From contig CAYWVD010000001.1 of assembly GCA_964461915.1 (NCBI GenBank), positions 565,911 to 629,910 of the forward strand: a stretch of 64,000 nt of DNA. The letters are read 5' to 3'. The notes below the pieces were generated by a model. The model made no database searches. It was not told the DNA's origin and was given only the letters and a program-made list of their open reading frames with translations. The position numbers and the translations under genes are program-made. Positions within the stretch are counted from its first letter, which is position 1, and every line of letters starts with the position of its first letter. The stretch comes from an uncultured Candidatus Saccharibacteria bacterium (GTDB lineage Bacteria > Patescibacteriota > Dojkabacteria > B142 > OLB20). Below are positions 30,269 to 38,645 of this stretch, piece after piece.

Positions 30269-31357
30269 TTAAATGATCTCATCTTTGGATATTTGAATTC
30301 TCTCTAATAACTCAAGCTCTTCTAATAAAACCTCAGTTCCCCTGACTACAGCCTTTATAGGATCCTCAGTTATAATCACTGGAGTTTTCAATCTTTCTTC
30401 AAAGAATCGATCTATCCCATAAATTAATGCACCCCCTCCAGCAAGTACGATCCCCCTTTCTAATAGATCAGCAAGGATTTCTGGGGGTGTTTTTTCTAAG
30501 GCTCCTTTTACTGCATCTGAAATTTTTTCTAAGACTTTTAACATAGCTTCGCGTACTTCTATACTGGAAAGCTTTATCGTTCGCGGTAAACCGGTCAACA
30601 TATCACGACCTTTTACATCGAGCTCCTTTTCAGGCTTCATTGTTACTGCAGAACCAATCGCAATCTTAACATCCTCAGCCATTTTTGAACCTATTAGAAG
30701 ATTGTATTTATATTTAATGTAATTGAGAATCTCTTCGTCAAGCTCATTACCCCCGACCCTAATTGTATTATCAACAACTATTCCACCCAACGAAATTACG
30801 GCGATGTCAGTTGTTCCACCTCCAATATCTACAATCATACTTCCCGCAGCATCGTCTATCGGCAATCTTGAGCCAATTGCAGCAGCCATAGGCTCTTCGA
30901 TTATATATACTTTTCTGGCACCTGCAGAAACAGCAGCATCAATAACAGCCCTAGCTTCGACTTCGGTAATTGAGGAAGGTATCCCAATTACAACTCTAGG
31001 CTTTGTAAGCTTAAACATTTTTGGGTAATACTCGTATACCTTATAAATAAAGTACCTAATCATAGCCTCAGTGGAATCAAAATCAGAGATCACCCCATCT
31101 GCCATTGGTTTTACAGCCACGATATTAGCCGGGGTTCTTCCTATCATTCTTTTTGCATCCACACCAACAGCAAGCACTTTTTTTGTATTTTTATTAACAG
31201 CCACTACAGAAGGTTCATTTATCACAACCCCCTGCCCTCTTACAGATACAAGGGTCGTTGATGTACCCAAATCAATACCAATATCATGGGTAAATAGTGA
31301 TAAAAATTTATCAAAAGCCTGCATTTGGGATCGTGTTAAACTTCCTAATTGTAGCAC
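30269..31357 (-). CDS. mreB: Actin-like rod shape-determining protein MreB
   Basis: IGIDLGTSTTLVSVRGQGVVINEPSVVAV..., actin-fold phosphate motifs. Likely start at the M of MQAFDKF. Confidence 0.9.
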   Translation of the reverse strand: MLQLGSLTRSQMQAFDKFLSLFTHDIGIDLGTSTTLVSVRGQGVVINEPSVVAVNKNTKKVLAVGVDAKRMIGRTPANIVAVKPMADGVISDFDSTEAMIRYFIYKVYEYYPKMFKLTKPRVVIGIPSSITEVEARAVIDAAVSAGARKVYIIEEPMAAAIGSRLPIDDAAGSMIVDIGGGTTDIAVISLGGIVVDNTIRVGGNELDEEILNYIKYKYNLLIGSKMAEDVKIAIGSAVTMKPEKELDVKGRDMLTGLPRTIKLSSIEVREAMLKVLEKISDAVKGALEKTPPEILADLLERGIVLAGGGALIYGIDRFFEERLKTPVIITEDPIKAVVRGTEVLLEELELLERIQISKDEII

Positions 31358-31647
31358 TAGAATCGCAAAATTGTATAGCTAATTAGGGACTTTGAGGAAA
31401 TTGGAATTAATGGTAAATAATGCTATACTTTAACTGCCCTATCATGTAATTAGAATAAGATATATTGAACTTTACAAGCAATCTTAAGGGTAACCAAAAT
31501 CTCATTAACGCCATCGTGTTTTAATGCTGAGGTTACCAACTTTTTACTTGAACACGGTTTCAAGTACTTATTCGAAAGCCTGATAGGGTTTTTTTGCTTG
31601 ATTAATGTCAGGATATACTTTAAAATTGTTTGACTGTTTAGGGTTAG

Positions 31648-31723
31648 GCTGGAATAGCTCAGTTGGTAGAGCACACCCTTGGTAAGGGTGAGGTCAAGAG
31701 TTCGATCCTCTTTTCCAGCTCCA
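31648..31723 (+). tRNA. tRNA-Thr (anticodon GGT)
   Basis: Manually folded cloverleaf. Acceptor GCTGGAA/TTCCAGC, anticodon stem CACCC-TTGGTAA-GGGTG, T-loop TTCGATC, encoded CCA. Confidence 0.9.
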
Positions 31724-31755
31724 TTAATTGGGCAAAGAGTTATTTGAAAATTTTA

Positions 31756-31838
31756 GCAAGGGTGGCAGAGCGGTCAAATGCTCCAGACTGTAAATCTGGC
31801 GTCGAGAGACTACGGGGGTTCAAATCCCTCCCCTTGCA
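31756..31838 (+). tRNA. tRNA-Tyr (anticodon GTA), long variable arm
   Basis: Acceptor GCAAGGG/CCCTTGC, anticodon loop CTGTAAA, long variable arm, T-loop TTCAAAT. No encoded CCA. Confidence 0.9.
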
Positions 31839-31843
31839 AGATT

Positions 31844-31916
31844 GCCGAGATAGCTCAGTTGGTAGAGCAACGGTTTTGTAAACCGTCGGTCAAGAGTTCG
31901 AGCCTCTTTCTCGGCT
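31844..31916 (+). tRNA. tRNA-Thr (anticodon TGT)
   Basis: Acceptor GCCGAGA/TCTCGGC, anticodon stem ACGGT-TTTGTAA-ACCGT, T-loop TTCGAGC. Confidence 0.9.
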
Positions 31917-31960
31917 TATTAATTAAATAAAACTTAAATTTTATATTTATATAAATTGCT

Positions 31961-32128
31961 ATGGCAAAAAAGGGAAACCGTATTTTGATCAGGTTAAGAA
32001 ATAAAGAAACCGGATCTTTTTACACAACAAGCAAAAATAGAATCAATTCTAAAGATAAGTTAAAGATCAAGAAATTTGATCCAAAGCTTAAAAAGCATAT
32101 AGTATTTGATGAGGATAAGGTAAAATAA
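31961..32128 (+). CDS. rpmG: 50S ribosomal protein L33
   Basis: 55-aa ORF below the ORF-track cutoff. MAKKGNRILIRLRNKETGSFYTTSKNRINSKDKLKIKKFDPKLKKHIVFDEDKVK matches the L33 family (..G.FYTT.KN......KL...KFDP....H). Confidence 0.85.
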   Translation: MAKKGNRILIRLRNKETGSFYTTSKNRINSKDKLKIKKFDPKLKKHIVFDEDKVK

Positions 32129-32173
32129 GTATAGAGTTGCTTATAGGCTCTACCTCACCAAAGCGCGGAATGA

Positions 32174-32245
32174 AGAGCCATGGTGTCAGTGGTAGCACAG
32201 CGGTCTCCAAAACCGTTAGCAGAGGTTCGAATCCTCTTGGCTCTG
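32174..32245 (+). tRNA. tRNA-Trp (anticodon CCA)
   Basis: Acceptor AGAGCCA/TGGCTCT, anticodon stem GCGGT-CTCCAAA-ACCGT, T-loop TTCGAAT. Canonical position before secE. Confidence 0.9.
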
Positions 32246-32260
32246 TATTTTTTTAGGCCT

Positions 32261-32288
32261 TTAATTATCAAAGGTTTATTGGTATAAT
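32261..32288 (+). promoter_or_regulatory. Putative extended -10 promoter (TGgTATAAT) immediately upstream of secE
   Basis: TGGTATAAT at 32280-32288 sits only about 7 nt before the secE ATG at 32296. The -35 is weak (TTAATT). Confidence 0.3.
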
Positions 32289-32295
32289 TGAAAAC

Positions 32296-32505
32296 ATGAT
32301 TATTATTAAGACAATTAATAAATTTTTTAATTTTTTGAAGTCCGCTTTTGGCGAGTTGAAATTTGTTACTTTCCCGACAAGAGCAGAAACATTAAAATTA
32401 GGATCAATAGTCTTAGGAGTATCGACCGTCTTTGGATTAAGCCTCTACTTAATCGATTGGTTGTTTCAAGTCTTAAGAAACTTACTAACTAGTGTAAATA
32501 TTTAA
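32296..32505 (+). CDS. secE: Preprotein translocase subunit SecE
   Basis: 69 aa with a single C-terminal TM and KFFNFLKSAFGELKFVTFPTRAETL, characteristic of short SecE. Confidence 0.8.
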   Translation: MIIIKTINKFFNFLKSAFGELKFVTFPTRAETLKLGSIVLGVSTVFGLSLYLIDWLFQVLRNLLTSVNI

Positions 32506-32506
32506 A

Positions 32507-33073
32507 ATGAAAAAAGAACAAAAAAAACTAGAAGAAACAGCAGTAACCGACAATTTTAGTTGGTATGTTGTTAATGCCTATTCTGGCCATGAAAAACGAG
32601 TTGCAACACAAATACAACAAAGAACTAAAGCAAACAATCTAGAGGATATGATAAAAGAAGTATTAGTACCTACTCAAAATAAGATTGTTGTAAGCGAAGG
32701 AAAAAAAAGAACAGTTGAAGAAAAAACATTCCCAGGTTATGTTTTAGTCAAAATGATTATGAATGATCAAACATGGCAGATCATTAGAAATACAGAAGGA
32801 GTTACAGGATTTGTCGGAACAGAAAGAAAACCTACACCATTAAACCCAGATGAAGTAAAAAGTATTCTAGCTTACATGAAGGTAGAACAACCATCCTATC
32901 AAGCCTCTTTTGCGGTCGGCGATGCCGTCAAAGTTACGGATGGACCTTTTAAAGATTTCGTTGGATCTATCTCTGAGATTAACGAAGATAAAGGTCAAGT
33001 TAAAGTTCTACTTTCAGTGTTTGGTCGCGAAACACCAGTAATATTAGACTTCTTAAAAATTACTCGATTATAA
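32507..33073 (+). CDS. nusG: Transcription termination/antitermination factor NusG
   Basis: NGN domain (WYVVNAYSGHEKRV) and KOW motif (FAVGDAVKVTDGPFKDFVGSISEI). Confidence 0.9.
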   Translation: MKKEQKKLEETAVTDNFSWYVVNAYSGHEKRVATQIQQRTKANNLEDMIKEVLVPTQNKIVVSEGKKRTVEEKTFPGYVLVKMIMNDQTWQIIRNTEGVTGFVGTERKPTPLNPDEVKSILAYMKVEQPSYQASFAVGDAVKVTDGPFKDFVGSISEINEDKGQVKVLLSVFGRETPVILDFLKITRL

Positions 33074-33091
33074 ATTTAAACAATATTAATT

Positions 33092-33523
33092 ATGGCTAAA
33101 GAAAAAAAAATCAAAGCTATTTTAAAGCTTGCGATTGAAGCAGGAAAAGCTACACCAGCCCCTCCAATCGGTCCAGCACTTGGACAACACGGTGTCAATA
33201 TTCAAGAATTTGTTACACAATATAATGACAAAACTAGAGATAAAATGGGTGATGTTATCCCATGTATATTAACAATTTTCGAAGATAGAACTTTTACAAT
33301 TGAATTAAAGACTCCACCAGTAACTAATCTATTATTGAAATCAGTAGGTCTTAAAAAGGGCTCTGCTAAACCAAACTTGGTTAAGGTTGGTAAGGTAACT
33401 AGGGCTCAAATTAAAGAAATTGCCGAAAAGAAAATGGCAGACATCAATGCAATAAGCATGGAATCCGCTATGAAAATCGTCGAAGGTTCGGCAAAAAGCT
33501 TGGGCTTAACTGTTGTTGATTAA
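33092..33523 (+). CDS. rplK: 50S ribosomal protein L11
   Basis: AGKATPAPPIGPALGQHGVNIQEF is the L11 signature. Confidence 0.9.
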   Translation: MAKEKKIKAILKLAIEAGKATPAPPIGPALGQHGVNIQEFVTQYNDKTRDKMGDVIPCILTIFEDRTFTIELKTPPVTNLLLKSVGLKKGSAKPNLVKVGKVTRAQIKEIAEKKMADINAISMESAMKIVEGSAKSLGLTVVD

Positions 33524-33538
33524 TTTGTTATAACTATT

Positions 33539-34222
33539 TTGATGAAAAGATCTAAAAAATACCAATCAGCTTTGTCAAACATTGATAAAGCTAAAAAATA
33601 CTCCCCTACTGACGCCTTAAATTTAATGCCAAAGTTATCTTTAACAAAATTTGCCGGTAGTATAAGTATTCAATTGTTTTTAAATTTAAATGAAAAACAA
33701 AAAAAGGATTCAATTAGAGGATCCTACACATTGCCAAACACTTTTGGAAAATCTTTAAAAGTGTTAGCAGTTGTAGATAAATCTGAGATTGAAAAGGCAA
33801 AAGATGCAGATATAGTTGGAGGCGAAGAAATATTTAAAGATATTGAAGCAGGAAAGCTTGAATTCGACTTGGTTATAACAACTCCAATGATGATGGGTAA
33901 ATTAGCTAGATTAGGGAAAACTCTTGGATCAAAAGGCCTAATGCCAAATCCTAAGAATGGAACCATTACTACAAATTTGAGTGAAAGCATTAAAAAATTC
34001 AAACAAGGAATGAAGAACTTCAAATCAATTAATGGAGCTCCAATTACTGCAGTTATTGGGAAATCTGATATGACAGCAGAACAATTGCAAGGAAATTTAG
34101 ATGCATTTGTTAAAGCTGTTATAAATGAGACTAAGAAGTATTCATCAACTCCTATCAAAAGAGCTATTTTGACTACTACAATGGGTCCAAAAGTTGAATT
34201 AGATGCTTCATATTTAGTTTAA
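33539..34222 (+). CDS. rplA: 50S ribosomal protein L1
   Basis: L1 fold motifs (RGSYTLPNTFGKSLKVLAV, LMPNPKNGTIT). Confidence 0.9.
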   Translation: MMKRSKKYQSALSNIDKAKKYSPTDALNLMPKLSLTKFAGSISIQLFLNLNEKQKKDSIRGSYTLPNTFGKSLKVLAVVDKSEIEKAKDADIVGGEEIFKDIEAGKLEFDLVITTPMMMGKLARLGKTLGSKGLMPNPKNGTITTNLSESIKKFKQGMKNFKSINGAPITAVIGKSDMTAEQLQGNLDAFVKAVINETKKYSSTPIKRAILTTTMGPKVELDASYLV

Positions 34223-34229
34223 TTTAAAA

Positions 34230-34258
34230 TTGACAAAAGAATAGTATTGGGTTAGAAT
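34230..34258 (+). promoter_or_regulatory. Near-consensus sigma70 promoter for rplJL (TTGACA-17-TAGAAT)
   Basis: TTGACA at 34230-34235, a 17-nt spacer, TAGAAT at 34253-34258. Lies between rplA and rplJ, as in other bacteria. Confidence 0.5.
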
Positions 34259-34264
34259 TACTAA

Positions 34265-34395
34265 GTTTTCGTTTAAGACAATAGGCTTTCATTTATTTGA
34301 AATAAGACCTATCGAGACGGATACAGATAAAATCATAAATTATGTATTTATACTGTGCCGACTCGTTCGGCACATTTTTTTTATTTAATTTAACA
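34265..34395 (+). promoter_or_regulatory. rplJ (L10) 5' leader with intrinsic attenuator hairpin
   Basis: About 130-nt untranslated leader before the rplJ ATG. It contains a perfect 8-bp GC-containing hairpin plus U8, detailed in the next feature. Confidence 0.45.
34354..34382 (+). terminator. Intrinsic terminator/attenuator inside the L10 leader
   Basis: TGTGCCGA-CTCGT-TCGGCACA followed by TTTTTTTT. Located 14 nt upstream of the rplJ start. Confidence 0.5.
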
Positions 34396-34923
34396 ATGTC
34401 AAAAACCAAAAATCAAAAAAAGGAGTTGATGACTGAATACGCTGAAAAGTTAAAGGCACAACCAAACTTTTTCGTGGTAAAACCTCTCGGGATTAATCCT
34501 AACGAGGCTACTGCTATGAAAAAGGAATTGGGAGCACTTGGCTCCAGCTATAATTTAGTCAAAAATACTATTTTTGTGATTGCTATGAAGGAAGCTGGTT
34601 TTCCACTAACTGAGCTTGGAGATGGACAACATTCAATTGTCTTCTCAAGTGACAAGATTAGCGAAACTGCAAAAATAATTAGCAAATTCACAAAAGCAAA
34701 AGACAAAGATCGTCTTGAGGTAATTGGAGGCGTATATAATATGACCGCCATTACAGCAGCAGAGGTAAAAGCTCTAGCAGATCTACCAAGCAAGGATGTT
34801 TTGATTGCTCAACTATTAAGCGTAATGGTTGGTCCAGTCAGAAATTTCATGTATGTTTTGAAAGGAAATATGCAAGAATTTGTATATTTACTCAACTCTA
34901 TTCAAGAGAAAAAAGCTGTTTAA
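34396..34923 (+). CDS. rplJ: 50S ribosomal protein L10
   Basis: The ORF opens at 34342, but the L10 N-terminus corresponds to MSKTKNQKKELMTEYAEKLK at 34396. Confidence 0.9.
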   Translation: MSKTKNQKKELMTEYAEKLKAQPNFFVVKPLGINPNEATAMKKELGALGSSYNLVKNTIFVIAMKEAGFPLTELGDGQHSIVFSSDKISETAKIISKFTKAKDKDRLEVIGGVYNMTAITAAEVKALADLPSKDVLIAQLLSVMVGPVRNFMYVLKGNMQEFVYLLNSIQEKKAV

Positions 34924-34968
34924 ACAGCTTTAATTTAATTTTAATTTAATTTATTTATATTAACTAAA

Positions 34969-35367
34969 ATGGCAGACGATAAAAAAATCGAATTAACTGG
35001 TGATTCTGCAAAAATCGCAGAAATGCTAGAAAAAATGACAGCATTAGAACTTTCTCAATTAGTCAAAGCACTAGAAGAAAAGTTCGGTGTCTCAGCAAAT
35101 GCTCCTGTTGCAGTAGCAGCAGCTCCAGCAGCCGCAGCAGCTCCAGCAGAAGAAAAATCTTCATTCAATGTTGAATTAACAGAAGCTGGTGCAAACAAGA
35201 TTGCAGTCATCAAAGTAGTCAAAAATGCAACAGGTTTAGGCTTAAAAGAAGCCAAAGACTTAGTTGATGGTGCTCCAAAGACTGTCAAAGAAGACATGAA
35301 AAAGGAAGATGCAGAAGCTTTAAAGAAAGAATTAGAAGAAGCTGGTGCAAAAGTAACCCTAAAATAA
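34969..35367 (+). CDS. rplL: 50S ribosomal protein L7/L12
   Basis: Ala-rich hinge ([16 protein letters not shown]) and CTD ([29 protein letters not shown]). Confidence 0.9.
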   Translation: MADDKKIELTGDSAKIAEMLEKMTALELSQLVKALEEKFGVSANAPVAVAAAPAAAAAPAEEKSSFNVELTEAGANKIAVIKVVKNATGLGLKEAKDLVDGAPKTVKEDMKKEDAEALKKELEEAGAKVTLK

Positions 35368-35398
35368 TACGTAGTTACAACTTCACATCAATAATTAA

Positions 35399-35430
35399 AC
35401 CCTCCCCTATTTGTGGGAGGGTTTTGTTTT
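35399..35430 (+). terminator. Rho-independent terminator after rplL
   Basis: ACCCTCCC-CTATTTGT-GGGAGGGT followed by TTTGTTTT. Confidence 0.7.
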
Positions 35431-35474
35431 ATTAAGTGTTAGGATATAATATTTTTTAATTAAAAAAGTAAAAG

Positions 35475-36155
35475 ATGATAGATATTTTTATCAATAGCGG
35501 ACTAGATAAGGGAGCAATAGTTACTTTGTTATTACTCCCAATAGTCGTGACTTTAATCGCATTTTCAAGGCATATTTTGGGCATGCGGTCATTAGGAATT
35601 TATTTATCATTTGTTATTACTTTTATCTTTTTTCAACTTGGTGTTACTTCCAATGATTTTCCCTATTATTCAGATCCATTGGTTGGATTTAAGTTTGGAC
35701 TTCCATTAATAATTGTCGTTTTTTCGGCTACTTTATTGTGTTATGTTTTAATCAAGAAAATTGGCCTGCATTATTATCCCAAATTGGCCATAGTAGCCAC
35801 TGGAGTAACTGCTATTCTAATTGGTGTAACCATGATCTTTGGATTATTGGGATTTAAAAATTTTTTAAAAATTGATATTTTCACTTTAGTTTTAATAGTT
35901 GCCATTACTGAAAAATATTTTTCAATACTCGCTAGAAAAAACCTAAAAACTACTATATTCATCACTATTGAAAGTATAATTTTAGCTGGAATTAGCTATT
36001 TGATTATTTCAATTCATCCACTTATCGATCTATTGCTTCAATATCCTTATATCATTCTAGTCCTCTTCCCTATTAATTATTTGATCGGTAAATTTACAGG
36101 ACTAAGATTGAGTGAATATTTACGATTCTGGGACATCTTAACTGAGAAAAATTAA
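35475..36155 (+). CDS. Polytopic (about 7-TM) membrane protein, partner of the ATP-grasp/protease gene (7TM_transglut-like)
   Basis: 226 aa with about seven hydrophobic helices and no soluble domain. TATAAT at 35445-35450 between the rplL terminator and the ATG. The downstream gene starts 6 nt after its stop. Confidence 0.5.
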   Translation: MIDIFINSGLDKGAIVTLLLLPIVVTLIAFSRHILGMRSLGIYLSFVITFIFFQLGVTSNDFPYYSDPLVGFKFGLPLIIVVFSATLLCYVLIKKIGLHYYPKLAIVATGVTAILIGVTMIFGLLGFKNFLKIDIFTLVLIVAITEKYFSILARKNLKTTIFITIESIILAGISYLIISIHPLIDLLLQYPYIILVLFPINYLIGKFTGLRLSEYLRFWDILTEKN

Positions 36156-36160
36156 CAGAA

Positions 36161-37579
36161 ATGTTTAAAACTCTAGCACTAATTCAAAAAAACAGACGAA
36201 AAGTCCTTGGGATGAATGAAAGGAACCTAGACTATATTCGGAAGTTAAATAAAAGTAAGAATATTGAAATAGCAGACAATAAAATTTTGACAAAAGAAGT
36301 CTTAATGAAGGCTGGCATTCCTACTCCTAAGCTAATTACTGTAATAAAATCTTATCAAGAATTAAATAATTTTGACTTCTCTACCCTACCAGCATCTTTT
36401 GTTCTAAAGCCTGTTACAGGGCTTGAAGGCGGTGGCATTGATCTGTTTTATAACCAAGATAAAAATGGTGCATGGATTAGAGCTGATAAATCAAAAGTAA
36501 CAATCGATCAATTAAAAAAACAAATTGCTGATATTCTTGATGGAAAATATTCACTAAACCAAACACCGGACTTTGCCTTATTCGAGGAAAGGATCAAAAC
36601 ACATAAAGTTTTTAAGTACTATACATATAAAGGGACTCCCGATATTAGAATAATCACAATTAATGGAGTTCCTGCAATGGCATTTTTAAGGATTCCTACC
36701 AAAGAATCTATGGGTAAAGCAAATCTTGCACTTGGAGCAGTAGCAACCGGTATTGATATAGCAAATGGCGTTACTACATTTGCTATTCAAGGTAAACATG
36801 GTTATATACAAAATGTTCCAGGCTCAAAAATTTCCTTAAGCGGTCTAAAAATTCCCTACTGGGATAGGATATTGAGATATTCTATTGAAGCTCAAAAAGC
36901 TTCTGGATTAAATTATCTTGCTGTAGATTTTTTAATTGATAGAGACCAAGGACCAGTTATTGTCGAACTCAATGCGAGGCCAGGACTATCAATTCAACTT
37001 GCAAATAAAGACGGATTAAGATGGAGAATTAAAAAGACAAGGGATATTAAAGTCCCCTCAGTTGAAAAAGGTATGAAATTGGCTAAATATCTTTTTGGGG
37101 GTGAAATTGAAAATGAAATTGAAAGTATTTCCGGTAAAGATGTTATTGGAATATATGAAAATATAAGTTTAATTAATCCTAAGGGCGAAGAGATAAAAAC
37201 CATAGCCAAAATCGACACTGGGGCCGATTCTACTTCAATAGATAGAAAATATGCTTATGAGCTAGGTTTTAAGGATATTGTCAAAGAATTTGACGATTTA
37301 AATTTACCAGTTAATATTGAGAGAAATAAGGGTATCGCCCTAATGAAAGAGCTAAGTGAACGATTTGTACCTAAATACCCTGACAAACTAGTGGACGTTT
37401 CATTTATTAAATCCAGCCATGGAACAACACTTAGGCCTTGTGTAAAAATTATGTTGAAAATTAAGGATACTACTTTTGAAACAAATGCCAATATTCTTGA
37501 TAGAAGCAATTTAACATACTCTGTGATCGTTGGAAGGAAGTCATTATTAAGATTTTTAATTGACCCCTCGAAAAAGTAA
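36161..37579 (+). CDS. RimK-like alpha-L-glutamate-ligase-type ATP-grasp enzyme fused to a DTGA retropepsin-like aspartic protease domain
   Basis: N-terminal half has LGMNERNLDYI, ATP-grasp glycine-rich loop VLKPVTGLEGGGIDLF and AVDFLIDRDQGPVIVELNARPGLS. C-terminal about 140 aa has IAKIDTGADSTSIDRKYAYELG (the DTGA motif of clan AA retropepsin-like proteases). Confidence 0.7.
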   Translation: MFKTLALIQKNRRKVLGMNERNLDYIRKLNKSKNIEIADNKILTKEVLMKAGIPTPKLITVIKSYQELNNFDFSTLPASFVLKPVTGLEGGGIDLFYNQDKNGAWIRADKSKVTIDQLKKQIADILDGKYSLNQTPDFALFEERIKTHKVFKYYTYKGTPDIRIITINGVPAMAFLRIPTKESMGKANLALGAVATGIDIANGVTTFAIQGKHGYIQNVPGSKISLSGLKIPYWDRILRYSIEAQKASGLNYLAVDFLIDRDQGPVIVELNARPGLSIQLANKDGLRWRIKKTRDIKVPSVEKGMKLAKYLFGGEIENEIESISGKDVIGIYENISLINPKGEEIKTIAKIDTGADSTSIDRKYAYELGFKDIVKEFDDLNLPVNIERNKGIALMKELSERFVPKYPDKLVDVSFIKSSHGTTLRPCVKIMLKIKDTTFETNANILDRSNLTYSVIVGRKSLLRFLIDPSKK

Positions 37580-37592
37580 GAAGCATTTATAA

Positions 37593-38591
37593 TTACTTCA
37601 TTAATATTCTCTGAATATTTTCAATATTGTTAAGGGCATACATTATCCCTTTAATTACCGCCCATTCGGGCTCTTCGACAACATGGAAAGAAACTCCAAT
37701 TGCTTTAGTAAATAAGTCATCAATATTTCTAAGTTTTACAGTACCTCCAGTCAATACTATACCTCTATCAATAATATCGGAAGATAATTCGGGAGGAGTC
37801 CTTTCTAGTACCTCCTTAATTGAATTGATCATCTCATTTAAAACCGGTCTGAACCCGTCTACAATATCATTGGTACTAAGTTCTATAGTGGTAGGCATAC
37901 CTGTTGTGCCATCTCGGCCACGGATCTCCATATTTAAAGGCTCCTCCATCGGCAATGCTGAACCGATTTCGATTTTGATTTTTTCGGCCATTTGTTCTCC
38001 TATCACAAGCCCAGTTTTTTTACGAATAAAGGCCACCAAAGATTCATTCAAAGCATCCCCTGCCAATCTTTTTGATTCGAAAGTTACAATTCCATTTAAA
38101 GATAAAACTGCAATTTCACAGGTCCCTCCACCAATGCTAACTATCATGTTCCCTGAGGAAGAACCAATAGGAAGATTGGCTCCAATTGCGGCGGCAATGG
38201 GTTCTGGTATTAGATAAACCTTACCGGCTCCAGCCTGAACTGAAGCTTCGATAACAGCCCTTTCTTCTACTGATGTGATACCAGCTGGTACACTAATCAT
38301 CACCTCTGGCTTGAAGAATCGCACTCTACCTAGAACCTTTTCCATCAAATGAGTAATTATCATTTCAGTTAGCTTGTAACTTGCTATCACTCCTTGCCGA
38401 ATGGGTAATCTGGCTTCAATATCCACAGGAACTTTACCCAACATTCCCTTTGCTTCAGCTCCGATTGCTACGACTTTTTTGTCTTTTGTGGAAATTGCTA
38501 CAACTGTTGGTTCTGAATAGATAATATTTTTACCAACAATTGCGATCACAGAGTTAGATGTACCAAGATCAAGGCCGACTTTAGTAGGCAT
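37593..38591 (-). CDS. Second actin-like MreB paralog (solitary)
   Basis: VGLDLGTSNSVIAIVGKNIIYSEPTVVAI... Full-length MreB-type actin fold, 332 aa. Not next to mreCD. Confidence 0.8.
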   Translation of the reverse strand: MPTKVGLDLGTSNSVIAIVGKNIIYSEPTVVAISTKDKKVVAIGAEAKGMLGKVPVDIEARLPIRQGVIASYKLTEMIITHLMEKVLGRVRFFKPEVMISVPAGITSVEERAVIEASVQAGAGKVYLIPEPIAAAIGANLPIGSSSGNMIVSIGGGTCEIAVLSLNGIVTFESKRLAGDALNESLVAFIRKKTGLVIGEQMAEKIKIEIGSALPMEEPLNMEIRGRDGTTGMPTTIELSTNDIVDGFRPVLNEMINSIKEVLERTPPELSSDIIDRGIVLTGGTVKLRNIDDLFTKAIGVSFHVVEEPEWAVIKGIMYALNNIENIQRILMK

Positions 38592-38645
38592 TTTTAAATT
38601 GAACTAATATTAAACAATTGATATACTTCAAAGTATAGTACTCGT

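Noticed and set aside
31450-31881. ORFs 31450-31674 (-) and 31663-31881 (+)
   Set aside because: They run through the tRNA-Thr, tRNA-Tyr and tRNA-Thr genes and their promoter region and are artefacts.
33724-34158. Antisense ORF (144 aa) inside rplA
   Set aside because: It lies opposite a strongly conserved ribosomal-protein gene and its reading frame reflects the A/T-rich codon bias of the sense strand.
37627-38217. Antisense ORF (196 aa) inside the second mreB, plus antisense ORFs at 30723-31028, 31071-31382, 56964-57380, 57468-57875, 52089-52559 and 55747-56145
   Set aside because: All are embedded antisense in well-supported conserved genes and have low-complexity Ser/Thr/Ile-rich translations typical of non-coding frames.
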